The notes beneath the pieces are model-generated. The model was not told the origin of the DNA. It saw only the letters and a program-made list of their open reading frames with translations, and ran no database searches. A stretch of DNA of 64,000 nucleotides from an uncultured delta proteobacterium (GTDB lineage Bacteria; Desulfobacterota; Binatia; Binatales; Binataceae), in contig CAVRVY010000004.1 of NCBI GenBank assembly GCA_963724765.1, forward strand, positions 448,001 to 512,000. The letters run 5' to 3'. The first letter of the stretch is position 1. Each line of letters starts with the position of its first letter. Below, in pieces: positions 40,430-50,198 of the stretch. A program made the translations under genes and the position numbers.

Positions 40430-42055
40430 TTACAAGTCGAAGTCAGCTTCCTCGAGAATGCGCGCGGCGCGGAACAGAAAGCGGTTGCCGAGCACGCCGT
40501 CGATCACGCGATGGTCGTACGAGAGCGCCAGATACATCATCGTGCGGATCGCGATCGCGTCCTCGCCGTCGCCTTCGACCACCATCGGGCGTTTCTTGAT
40601 CTCGCCCATCCGCAGAATCCCGACCTGCGGCTGATTGATGATCGCGAAGCCGAACAGATTGCCCTCGCGCCCCGGATTGGTGAGCGTGAAGCTGCCGCCC
40701 GCGAGATCGTCGGCGGCGATTTTTTTCTCGGCGATCTTGCGCCGCAGCCGCTCGATCTCGCGCGCCAGTCCCACCACCGATATCCCCTCGGCAGCTTTGA
40801 TTACCGGCACCAGCAGCCCCTCCTCGGCATCCATCGCGATCCCGAGGTTTATCTGGTGGCGCACGATCAGCGAGTCGCCCACCACGGAGGCGTTCATGCG
40901 CGGAAACTCCTTGAGCGCGCGCACCGTCGCGGCCGCGGCCAGCGGCAGCAGGGTCAGCGCGAAGCCTTCCCGAGCGGCAAAGGCATCCTTGTGCTTATTG
41001 CGCAGGCGCATCACACGCGTCAGATCCACTTCGGCGAGCGTGCCGACATGCGGCGAGTGGGTCTTGGAGTAGACCAGGTGCTCGGCGATGAGCTTGCGCC
41101 GCCGGGTAAAGGGCTCGACCACGTCGCCCTCGCGCGGCTCATAAACCGGCGGCCGATAGCCGGTACCGCCCGGCAATCCAACCGATGGCGCGCTTGAGCG
41201 CGCGGAGGCCGATGGCGCGCTCGGGCGCGCGGCGGCCTGCGCCGACGGTGGAGCGGCCGTTGCCGCGGCCCGCGCCGGCTCCTGTCCATTCACAGCATTC
41301 GTCGCACCGTTTGCCGCGCCGCTCGCCGGCGGCTGCACCTGGCCCGCCTGGAGGGCGTCGAGATAAGCGAGCGCGTCCCGCTTGCTGACGCGGCCGCCCA
41401 TTCCGGTGCCCGGCACGCGAGTCAGGTCGATGCCGTGTTCTTCGGCGATACGTATCACCACCGGCGAGTAGCGCCGATGAGCGCCGACGCCACCGGCGGC
41501 CTGGCCGCCGGGCGCGGTCCGCGGCACCGCGGCGGCCGAGTCGGCCGCCGCAGCGGCTGCGCCGCTTGCACCGGCGGACGGCGTGCTCGCTCTGCCCGCC
41601 GAGGTCTGCGGTGCTGCGTTAGCGGCGGCCGCTTGCGGCCGCGGCTCACTGCGCACGGCGCGCAGCGTCGGCGGCTGCTGCGGGCGTGCCGCGGGCGGCG
41701 CACCCGCAGCAGCCGCCTTGCCCGGCGCGGGCGGGAGTGCGGAGGCAGCCTTAGGCTGCGTCCGCACTCCCGCCGGGGCGGCGGCGGCAGCCGGGGCGGC
41801 GAAAGTCGCGCCAGCGCCAGCGGCTTCGATTACCGCCAGCGGCGCGCCCACCGGCAAAGTCTGGCCCTCGGCCGCGATCAGTTTCGCGATCACGCCCGCG
41901 CCCGGCGAGGGAATTTCCGTATCGACCTTGTCGGTCGAAATTTCACACAGCGGCTGATCTTCCTGGACGCGGTCCCCCTCCTTGACCAGCCACTTGGTGA
42001 CGGTCCCTTCGACCACGCTCTCGCCCATCTGCGGCATCATTACTTCGATCGACAT
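40430..42055 (-). CDS. 2-oxoacid dehydrogenase E2 (dihydrolipoamide acyltransferase)
   Basis: Lipoyl domain STDKVD, long Ala/Pro linker, E3-binding GTGMGGRV, DHRVIDG catalytic motif. Confidence 0.94.
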   Translation of the reverse strand: MSIEVMMPQMGESVVEGTVTKWLVKEGDRVQEDQPLCEISTDKVDTEIPSPGAGVIAKLIAAEGQTLPVGAPLAVIEAAGAGATFAAPAAAAAPAGVRTQPKAASALPPAPGKAAAAGAPPAARPQQPPTLRAVRSEPRPQAAAANAAPQTSAGRASTPSAGASGAAAAAADSAAAVPRTAPGGQAAGGVGAHRRYSPVVIRIAEEHGIDLTRVPGTGMGGRVSKRDALAYLDALQAGQVQPPASGAANGATNAVNGQEPARAAATAAPPSAQAAARPSAPSASARSSAPSVGLPGGTGYRPPVYEPREGDVVEPFTRRRKLIAEHLVYSKTHSPHVGTLAEVDLTRVMRLRNKHKDAFAAREGFALTLLPLAAAATVRALKEFPRMNASVVGDSLIVRHQINLGIAMDAEEGLLVPVIKAAEGISVVGLAREIERLRRKIAEKKIAADDLAGGSFTLTNPGREGNLFGFAIINQPQVGILRMGEIKKRPMVVEGDGEDAIAIRTMMYLALSYDHRVIDGVLGNRFLFRAARILEEADFDL

Positions 42056-42070
42056 GCCGGCCCTCTGCCC

Positions 42071-43051
42071 CTAGTACGCCGCGAGCTCGCGGATCGCCTC
42101 GACGATCTTGTTGGTGTTGGGAAGGATGTACTCCTCCAGCGGCGGACTGAACGCGACATGCGTATCGAGCGCGGCGACGCGCCTGATTGGCCCGTCGAGA
42201 TAGTCGAAAGCGTGCTCGGCGATAATCGCCGCGACCTCGCCGCCGATACCGCCGGTCAGCCGGTCCTCGTGCGCGATCAGCACCTTGCCGGTCTTGCGCG
42301 CGGTCGCGAGAATCGCCTCGCGGTCCAGCGGCAGCAGCGTGCGCAGATCGAGCACCTCGACTTTGAGCCCGTCTTCCTTCTCGACGATTCGCGCCGCGTC
42401 GAGCGCCTGATGCATCGTTCCGCCGTACGTGATGATCGAAAGGTCTCGGCCTTCCAGCCGCAGCTCGGCCGGCCCGATCGGCACGGTGAAGTCGCCCTCG
42501 GGCAGGTCCTCCTTGATGCTGCGATAGAGGCGCTTGTGCTCGAAGTAGATGACCGGATTGTCGTCGCGCACCGCGCTCTTCAGCAGGCCCTTGGCGTCAT
42601 AGGGCGTCGCCGGCGCGACCACCTTGAGTCCGGGGACGCGGGTAAACCACGCCTCGGGGTTTTGCGAATGGAAGAGCGCGCCATGCACGCCCGCGCCAGA
42701 GGGGGCGCGCAGCACCAGCGGGCACACGGCCTGGCCCCCGTGGCGATAGCGCAAGGTCGCCGCGGTATTGACGATCTGGTCGAAGGCGCAGGAAATGAAA
42801 TCGCCGAACTGCATCTCCAGGACCGGGCGCATCCCCAGGATCGCCGCGCCGATCCCGGCGCCGACGATCAGCGCCTCGGAGATCGGGGTATCGATCACGC
42901 GGTCTTCGCCGAAGGCATCGAGCAGACCCTCGGTGACTTTGAACGCGCCGCCCAGTTCGCCCACGTCCTCGCCCATCACGAAGACGTTGTCGTCGCGCCG
43001 CATCTCTTCGTGCAGCGCCTGGTTAATCGCTTTCAGATAAGTGACTTCCAT
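42071..43051 (-). CDS. 2-oxoacid dehydrogenase E1 beta subunit
   Basis: GEDVGELGGAFKVT, DTPISE, EMQFGDF, HSQNPE, FEHK. Confidence 0.94.
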   Translation of the reverse strand: MEVTYLKAINQALHEEMRRDDNVFVMGEDVGELGGAFKVTEGLLDAFGEDRVIDTPISEALIVGAGIGAAILGMRPVLEMQFGDFISCAFDQIVNTAATLRYRHGGQAVCPLVLRAPSGAGVHGALFHSQNPEAWFTRVPGLKVVAPATPYDAKGLLKSAVRDDNPVIYFEHKRLYRSIKEDLPEGDFTVPIGPAELRLEGRDLSIITYGGTMHQALDAARIVEKEDGLKVEVLDLRTLLPLDREAILATARKTGKVLIAHEDRLTGGIGGEVAAIIAEHAFDYLDGPIRRVAALDTHVAFSPPLEEYILPNTNKIVEAIRELAAY

Positions 43052-43100
43052 CGTACTCCAGTAGTTGAGATTCGAGGATCGGTATTCTGTGTGACGATGG

Positions 43101-44162
43101 TCACGATCCGCGATGGTTGCCGCCGCCGGCGGTCGAGGAGCTGGCGGAAGATGAGCCGGACGGCGCGTAGAGGTCCTCGAGCGCCTCTTCGGGCTTGGGC
43201 ATCGGGCTCTGCTCGGCAAAATCGACCGCGCCCTGGACCACCGAACGGACGCGCTCGTCCACCTCTTCGCGGATGCGCTTTAAGTCGTGGCCCTTTTTCT
43301 CCAGGAAGAACTCGTAGCCCGGGATCGGGTCGCGGCTCTCCCATTCCACCAGCTCTTCCTTGTCGCGGTAGAGCGCCGGGTCGTGCTCGCTATGGCCGCG
43401 GTAGCGGTAGGTCTTGCACTCGATGAGCACGGGCCCGCCACCTTCGCGCGTGCGGTTCATCACGCGCTCGCTCAACTCGACCACGGCTAGCAGGTCGTTA
43501 CCTGAGACCACATGGCCCTTGAAACCATAGGCTGCGGCGCGCGAGGCCACGTCCTCGATCGCCATCTGCTTCTCCAGCGGGGTAGAGTAGGCGTAGCGGT
43601 TGTTTTCGCAGACAAAGACCACCGGCAGCTTGTGCACGCCGGCAAAGTTCATCGCCTCGTGCACGTCGCCGCGCGAGGCCGCGCCGTCGCCGAAAAACGA
43701 CACCGCGATATGCTTCTCCTTTTTGATGTGGTACTTGAGCGCCGCGCCGACCGCGACCGGCAGCGACGACCCCAGCATCGAGGTCGAACCGAAGACGGCG
43801 TGCTCGAGGTCGCCGCCGTGCAGAAATGAATCCTTGCCGCGCGAAAGCCCGGTTTCCTTGCCCATCAGTTGCGCCATCAGGCGTCCCGGATCGACGCCGC
43901 GCATCAGGAAGACCCCGAGGTCGCGATGGAGCGGCGCCACCAGGTCGCCGTCCTGCAGCGGCGCGCAGATGCCGGTGACGATCGCCTCCTGCCCGGCGCC
44001 CGAGTAGACGCCGCCGAGAATCTTGTTCTGCCGATGAAGCCGCGAGACGCGATCTTCAAAACCGCGGATGAGCTTCATCCAGTAGTAAAGTTGCAATTCA
44101 TATTCGACGCGGGTGGCGCCGCTTGTAGCGGGCGCGCTCGCGCCTTCGACCTCAGCCATCAT
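43101..44162 (-). CDS. 2-oxoacid dehydrogenase E1 alpha subunit
   Basis: GQEA, GDGA..N TPP motif, ENNRYAYST, YRYRGHSEHD. Confidence 0.93.
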   Translation of the reverse strand: MMAEVEGASAPATSGATRVEYELQLYYWMKLIRGFEDRVSRLHRQNKILGGVYSGAGQEAIVTGICAPLQDGDLVAPLHRDLGVFLMRGVDPGRLMAQLMGKETGLSRGKDSFLHGGDLEHAVFGSTSMLGSSLPVAVGAALKYHIKKEKHIAVSFFGDGAASRGDVHEAMNFAGVHKLPVVFVCENNRYAYSTPLEKQMAIEDVASRAAAYGFKGHVVSGNDLLAVVELSERVMNRTREGGGPVLIECKTYRYRGHSEHDPALYRDKEELVEWESRDPIPGYEFFLEKKGHDLKRIREEVDERVRSVVQGAVDFAEQSPMPKPEEALEDLYAPSGSSSASSSTAGGGNHRGS

Positions 44163-44414
44163 GCACCTCACCGGTCAGCATCAAACATCAACAGTATTGC
44201 AGCCCTGCGCGCTCGGCAAAAGCGCTCTTTTGGGGCTTACGACCGGTTTTGTCTCGCTTGCGACATAGGATTTTCCGCGATTGTTCCGGCGCCGGCGCGC
44301 CGGTATCGTCTCGCGGCAGGCGGGGCGGCTCGGCCTGACCTGTCACTACGCTATACACTGCGAGCCGAGGTTGGGAGGGGGACTGCGATAAGCCAACTTT
44401 CAGCAAGCGGCCCA

Positions 44415-47400
44415 TTGTCAGCCGGAGACGGTCAGCCTTCGGCGGCCAGGCGAAGGCTTTTCGTTTCAACCGCCCGCATCGTACTGCTTTCATTTATTTG
44501 CCTGGCCGTCGTGTCCGTAGCGGCCCGGCCTGATTCCGCGCCGCCGCCAACCCTCACCTTCTCGCCCCAGGGCACGATAAAGAACGTGCGCCAGGCCGTG
44601 GCGCACTTCTCGCAGCCGATGGTTCCGCTGGGCGATCCGCGCGTCCATCAATCGCCCTTTCAGATTGATTGCCCCGAGCATGGGAAGGCGCGGTGGCACG
44701 GAACGGAGCGCTGGATAGACAGCCGGCAGTGGTCCTACGACTTTGACCAGGACCTGCCGGCGGGCGTCCGATGCACCTTCACGCTCGTCCCCGGCCTCAA
44801 AACGCTCAAGGGTGCGCCGATTGCGAGCCATCCCCCATTCGTCTTCGACACCGGCGGCCCGGCCGTGATCGAGACCAGGCCGTGGACGGGCAGCAGCGAC
44901 ATCGACGAACATCAGGCCTTCGTCCTCGTCCTCGACGCCGAACCGGACGAGCAAACGGTGCTGGAGCACGCCGAGTTCTCCGTACAGGGGATGGCGCAGC
45001 GGGTCGGCGCGAACATCATCAGCGGCGCAGACCGCGACCTGTTGCTCAAGCGCTTCGACGATTTCATCAACCATCGCCCGGCGATCATCGTGCAGGCGCG
45101 GCAGGCGTTTCCCGACAACGCGGACGTAAAGCTGATCTGGGGCACGGGGATCGCGACTATCAGCGGAATCGCAACCGCGCAGGACCAGGAAATCAGCTTC
45201 AAGGTGCGCCCCGCGTTCGAGGCGCAATTCCGATGCGAGCGCGAGAATGCGCAGGCCGCGTGCATCCCGGTGACACCGATGTCGCTTTCGTTTTCGGCGG
45301 CGATATCAGCGCAAGCCGCTAAGCGGATCGCGATCGTCGGCCCCGGCGGAGCGCGCCGCACCGCGCAACTTCCTGACAGCGCGGACACCTCGGACATCCG
45401 CAACGTAACCTTTCCCGGCCCCTTCAACGAGTCCGCGCAATATACGATCGAGATCCCCGCCGGCCTCACCGACGACACCGGCCGCCCGCTCTCCAACGCC
45501 GCACGCTTTCCGATGGCGGTGAAGACCGACGCGTTTCCGCCGCTGGCGAAATTCTCCGCGCGCTTCGGAATTATCGAGGAGGCGGACCCGGTGCTGCCGG
45601 TCACCGTGCGCAATCTCGAGCCACTGCTCCACGGCGCGCGGCTCAAGGCCGGCGGGATGCCCTCGCCCACCGGCGCGCCGCTAAGCGATTTTCTGAGCCG
45701 AATCGACGCGCGGGTCTTCGGACTTTCAACCCCCGAGGCGCCGGAGGTACTTTCATGGCTCAGACGAGTCGCCGGCGCTTCGCGCCAGCGCTCGGTCTTC
45801 GCGGACGACAAGTCGGATGACACGTCGGGCGGCGCGCCGAAACGCTTCACGTTGCCCCGGCCCGACCGCGCCAAGGCGTTCGAGGTGCTCGGCATCCCGC
45901 TGGGCAAGCCGGGACTCTATATCGTGGAACTCAAAAGCGCGCGCCTGGGCAGCGTGCTGCTGGGCAAAAACGCGCCGATGTACGTTCCGACCGTGGCGCT
46001 CCTCACCAATCTCTCGGTCCACTTCGAGCAAGGCGCCGCCAATTCGCTGGTCTGGGTGACCACGCTCGAGGACGCGCGTCCGGTCGCCGGCGCGGCGGTG
46101 GCGATCGCCGATTGTCACGGCAAACGGCTTTGGGCCGGCACCACCGATCGTCAGGGGCTCGCGCTGGCGCCGAAGATCGACGCCGTGAGCAACCCTCCGA
46201 AGTGCGACGACCTTGCGCCGACCAAGTATGACTTCTACACCACCCAGACCCAGGCGCTGCAGGAGCTAGGGTCGGGGCTGCTGGTGACAGCGCGGCTCGG
46301 CGACGACTTCAGCTTCGTCCATTCGAGCTGGCGCTACGGCATCGAGTCGTGGCGCTTCCATCTGCCGCAGGAATGGAGCCCGAGTAATCTGGCCGCGCAC
46401 ACCGTTCTCGATCGGCCGCTGTTCCGAGCCGGCGAGACGGTCCACATGAAGCATTTCCTGCGCTCCAAGACTCTCGGGGGGTTCGCGATAGTCCCGCCGG
46501 CCGAGCGTCCGGCGACGCTGACGATCCGCGCCGTGGGCGGCGACCAGCACTATGATTTCCCGCTCAAGTGGAGCGCGGCTGGCATCGCCGAGACCACCTG
46601 GCCGATCCCCAAAGGCGCGCGTTTGGGCGAGTACTCGGTCACGATGGCGCTTAAGGTCGGTCCGGAGACGTATCCCACTGAGATCCAGACCGCGGATTTC
46701 CGGGTCGAGGAATTTCGCCTGCCTCTGATGAAGGCGGCGATTCGGATGCCGGCGCAAGTCCAGGTCGGGGTCACCAGCGTGCCGATCGATCTCAGCGCCG
46801 AGTACCTCTCGGGTGGAGCGGCGGCCGGATTGGCGGTCACGCTGCGCAGCCAGGTTCAGCCCAATGCGTCGATTTCGTTTCCCGACTTCGAGGATTTCAC
46901 TTTCGCCAATGGCGAGGTCAAGCAAGGAACCGTTACCAGCGAGCAATGGTACCAGGGTTTCCAAACCGTGACGCCACCCGGAGTCCATCAGCGTAAAGAC
47001 CTGACGCTCGACGCCGCTGGCGGCGCGCGTACCGTGATAACCGATATCGAGCGCTCGCCTACGCCGACCGACGTGCGCGCGGAGATGGAATACCACGACC
47101 CCAACGGCGAGACGCAGACCGTTTCCAACTCGGTCACGATTTGGCCCGCCAAATGGCTGGCTGGAATCCGCGCCGACGACTGGGTTTCCTCGCCCGGCCA
47201 CGTGCGTTTTCGCGTCGCAGTGGTCGCGGAGGGCGGCAAGCCGGTCGCCGACGCTCCGGTCAGCGTCGAAATTTTCAGCCGCAAGACGTTCTCGTATCGC
47301 AAGCGCCTGGTTGGCGGATTTTACGCCTACGACAACACGGTCGAGACGCGCCGCGCAGGCGAATTGTGCTCCGGCGTTACCGACCGGCGCGGACTGCTGC

Positions 47401-50198
47401 TGTGCGACGCGAAGACCTCGATCACCGGTTCGGTTGAGGTGCAGGCCACTGTGCGCGACAACACCGGCAACTCGAGCATGGCGTACACCGAAGTATTTAT
47501 CCCCGGCTCGGACCGCTTGTGGTTCGAGGGCCATGACGAGGATCGGATTGACCTGTTGCCCGAACATCCGCAATACCAGCCGGGCGACGTCGCGCGCTTC
47601 CAGGTGCGGATGCCTTTCGCTGAAGCCACTGCGCTGGTCGCCGTGGCACGCGAAGGAATTATCGCGGCCTCCGTGGTTCATCTCTCGGGCCATAACCCGG
47701 TCATCACCCTCCCCGTGCGCGACTACGCCCCCAACGTGTTCGTGTCGGTGCTGGCGATTCGCGGCCGTATCGGCGAGCCCCAGCCCACCGGCATGCTCGA
47801 CCTCGCCAAGCCGGCCTTCAGGCTGGGCATCGCGGAGATTCGCGTCGGATGGCGCGCAAATCGGCTGAACGTGACCGTCACGCCCGAGCATCGCGTCTAC
47901 CGCGTGCGCGAGAAGGCAAAGATCACGATCGCGGTCAGGACCGCCACGGGCGCGCCGCCGCCCAGAGGCAGCGAAGTCGCGGTGGCCGCGGTCGACCAGG
48001 GATTGCTCGAACTCGCCAACAACGATAGCTGGAAGCTGCTGGACGCGATGATGGGGCGGCGGCCCTACCAAGTGGAAACGTCGACCGCGCAGATGGAGGT
48101 CGTCGGCAAGCGGCACTACGGACTTAAGGCGCTGCCGCCGGGCGGCGGCGGCGGCCGGCGTATCACGCGCGAGCTATTCGACACACTGCTGCTGTGGAAA
48201 GCGACGGTGCCGCTGGATGCGGCCGGCAACGCGTCGGTTGAAGTCCCGCTCAATGATTCATTGACCAGCTTCCGTATCGTCGCGATCGCCAGTGGCGGTA
48301 TCAACCTGTTCGGCACCGGCGACACGCTGATTCAGTCAACGCAGGATCTGATGATCCTGCCGGGAGTCTCGCCGATAATCCGCGCCGGCGACTCGTTCGA
48401 CGCGGAGTTCACCGTGCGCAACGCCTCCGAGCAGGCTTTCACCGCGACTGTGAACGCGAAGATCGAAGGCGTCGCGGCCCAGCCCGCGCAGCAGGTACTC
48501 GAACTCGCGCCGGGCGAAGGAAAATCCATCGATTGGAAAGTTGCAGTGCCGGCGGGCGTGAACGAACTGCGCTATCGCGTCGATGCGACGTCCATCGCCG
48601 GCGGACCGTCGGACCATCTGAAGATAACGCAGCGCGTGCTGCCGGTGGTCCCGGTCAGGACCTACCAGGCGACGCTGATGCGATGGGAAAAGCCGATCGC
48701 CGAGCCGGTCGCGTTACCTGCCGACGCGCTCGCCGGCCAGGGCGACGTGCAGGTTGCGCTCAGCCCTTCGCTCACAGCCGGGCTCGAGGGAGTGCGCGAT
48801 TGGATGCGCGTGTATCCATATACATGCCTGGAGCAGCGCGTATCGCGCGCGGTTGCGCTAGGCGACCCGCTGACTTGGAACAGCATCGCCGCGGACCTGC
48901 CGCAATATCTCGACGGCGAGGGCCTACTGAAGTTTTTTCCCGAGATGCGCGACGGCAGCGACCTCCTGACCTCGTACGTCTTCTCGATCGCGCACGAAGC
49001 CGGGCTCACGATTCCGCCGCAGTCCGAGGAAGCGATGGAGCGCGGCCTGCGCGGCTTTATCGCGGGCACTGTGGTGCGCTACGGCGTCGTGCCGGGCGCC
49101 GACCTGCCGCTTAGGAAAATCGCTGCGATCGAGGCGCTCTCCAGCGCCGGCCAGGCCAACGCCGAGATGCTCGGTAGCATCATCATCGAGCCCAATTTGT
49201 GGCCCGACGCGACGGTTATCGAATGGTGGAACATCCTGCTCCGCATGCATGGCGTCTCCGACCGCGCGCGCCGGCTCGCCGAGGCCGAGCAGATCGTGCG
49301 CTCGCGGCTCAATTGGCAGGGCACCGCCGTGCACCTTTCGGGCGGCCACTGCTGGTGCCTGATGACCGACGCGGAGAGCAACCTGCTGCGTCTGGACCTG
49401 CTGCTGATCGACAATCATCTTTGGCATGACGACGTGCCGCGCGTAATGCAGGGCGCGGTGAGTATGCAGTCGCGGGGAGCGTGGCCGACCACGCTCGCCA
49501 ACGCATGGGGCACGCTGGCGGTTGAAAAATTCGCGCGCGCCTTCGAGTCGGTGCCGGTCAAGGGAACGACCGCGGTCTCGCTCGCGGCGGCCGCGCAACA
49601 GCTCGATTGGGCCCACGATCCCAGTGGCGGAAATCTGAGCCTGGCATGGCCCCCGGCGCGAGCCGATCTGCATATCGATCACAACGGCAGCGGAAATCCG
49701 TGGGTGCAGATTCGCGCGCGCGCGGCGATTGCGCTCAAGTCGCCGTTTAACAGCGGCTACCGGATCACCCGAACGCTCAGCGCGGTGGACACAAACCATA
49801 GTGGCGGATGGCGCCGCGGCGACATCGTACGCGTGCATCTCAAGATCGAAGCGCAGACCGACATGGCGTGGGTGGTCGTGAACGATCCGCTTCCGGCCGG
49901 CGCCTCGCATCTCGGCACCGGACTGCGGCGCGACTCTGCGATCGCGACCGCCGGTGAAAATATCGGCGCCGAAAATATCAACAACAATGACTATTACTTG
50001 CCCGACTTCGTCGAGCGGCCGTTCGATGCCTTCCGCGCCTACTATGAATACATCCCCAAGGGCACGTTCGAGGTCGAATACACGATTCGGCTCAACCAGG
50101 CCGGCGTCTTCCAACTCCCGCCGACGCGCGTGGAGGCGCTCTACGAGCCCGAGATGATGGGCGAACTGCCGAACGCGCCGTTCGACGTCGCGCCCTGA
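44415..50198 (+). CDS. Bacterial alpha-2-macroglobulin
   Basis: DRPLFRAGETVH, FRVEEF, AVDQGLL, YPYTCLEQ thioester motif, PTRVEALYEPE; start (TTG 44415) inferred from the signal peptide. Confidence 0.92.
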   Translation: MSAGDGQPSAARRRLFVSTARIVLLSFICLAVVSVAARPDSAPPPTLTFSPQGTIKNVRQAVAHFSQPMVPLGDPRVHQSPFQIDCPEHGKARWHGTERWIDSRQWSYDFDQDLPAGVRCTFTLVPGLKTLKGAPIASHPPFVFDTGGPAVIETRPWTGSSDIDEHQAFVLVLDAEPDEQTVLEHAEFSVQGMAQRVGANIISGADRDLLLKRFDDFINHRPAIIVQARQAFPDNADVKLIWGTGIATISGIATAQDQEISFKVRPAFEAQFRCERENAQAACIPVTPMSLSFSAAISAQAAKRIAIVGPGGARRTAQLPDSADTSDIRNVTFPGPFNESAQYTIEIPAGLTDDTGRPLSNAARFPMAVKTDAFPPLAKFSARFGIIEEADPVLPVTVRNLEPLLHGARLKAGGMPSPTGAPLSDFLSRIDARVFGLSTPEAPEVLSWLRRVAGASRQRSVFADDKSDDTSGGAPKRFTLPRPDRAKAFEVLGIPLGKPGLYIVELKSARLGSVLLGKNAPMYVPTVALLTNLSVHFEQGAANSLVWVTTLEDARPVAGAAVAIADCHGKRLWAGTTDRQGLALAPKIDAVSNPPKCDDLAPTKYDFYTTQTQALQELGSGLLVTARLGDDFSFVHSSWRYGIESWRFHLPQEWSPSNLAAHTVLDRPLFRAGETVHMKHFLRSKTLGGFAIVPPAERPATLTIRAVGGDQHYDFPLKWSAAGIAETTWPIPKGARLGEYSVTMALKVGPETYPTEIQTADFRVEEFRLPLMKAAIRMPAQVQVGVTSVPIDLSAEYLSGGAAAGLAVTLRSQVQPNASISFPDFEDFTFANGEVKQGTVTSEQWYQGFQTVTPPGVHQRKDLTLDAAGGARTVITDIERSPTPTDVRAEMEYHDPNGETQTVSNSVTIWPAKWLAGIRADDWVSSPGHVRFRVAVVAEGGKPVADAPVSVEIFSRKTFSYRKRLVGGFYAYDNTVETRRAGELCSGVTDRRGLLLCDAKTSITGSVEVQATVRDNTGNSSMAYTEVFIPGSDRLWFEGHDEDRIDLLPEHPQYQPGDVARFQVRMPFAEATALVAVAREGIIAASVVHLSGHNPVITLPVRDYAPNVFVSVLAIRGRIGEPQPTGMLDLAKPAFRLGIAEIRVGWRANRLNVTVTPEHRVYRVREKAKITIAVRTATGAPPPRGSEVAVAAVDQGLLELANNDSWKLLDAMMGRRPYQVETSTAQMEVVGKRHYGLKALPPGGGGGRRITRELFDTLLLWKATVPLDAAGNASVEVPLNDSLTSFRIVAIASGGINLFGTGDTLIQSTQDLMILPGVSPIIRAGDSFDAEFTVRNASEQAFTATVNAKIEGVAAQPAQQVLELAPGEGKSIDWKVAVPAGVNELRYRVDATSIAGGPSDHLKITQRVLPVVPVRTYQATLMRWEKPIAEPVALPADALAGQGDVQVALSPSLTAGLEGVRDWMRVYPYTCLEQRVSRAVALGDPLTWNSIAADLPQYLDGEGLLKFFPEMRDGSDLLTSYVFSIAHEAGLTIPPQSEEAMERGLRGFIAGTVVRYGVVPGADLPLRKIAAIEALSSAGQANAEMLGSIIIEPNLWPDATVIEWWNILLRMHGVSDRARRLAEAEQIVRSRLNWQGTAVHLSGGHCWCLMTDAESNLLRLDLLLIDNHLWHDDVPRVMQGAVSMQSRGAWPTTLANAWGTLAVEKFARAFESVPVKGTTAVSLAAAAQQLDWAHDPSGGNLSLAWPPARADLHIDHNGSGNPWVQIRARAAIALKSPFNSGYRITRTLSAVDTNHSGGWRRGDIVRVHLKIEAQTDMAWVVVNDPLPAGASHLGTGLRRDSAIATAGENIGAENINNNDYYLPDFVERPFDAFRAYYEYIPKGTFEVEYTIRLNQAGVFQLPPTRVEALYEPEMMGELPNAPFDVAP

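Noticed and set aside
38082-40430. Lower-GC cassette as a prophage or integrative element
   Set aside because: No integrase, tRNA, transposase or flanking direct repeats found by eye
43869-44414. N-terminal 182 codons of the 2109-aa A2M ORF
   Set aside because: Overlaps E1 alpha on the opposite strand and the divergent intergenic region; the signal peptide only begins after ~44415
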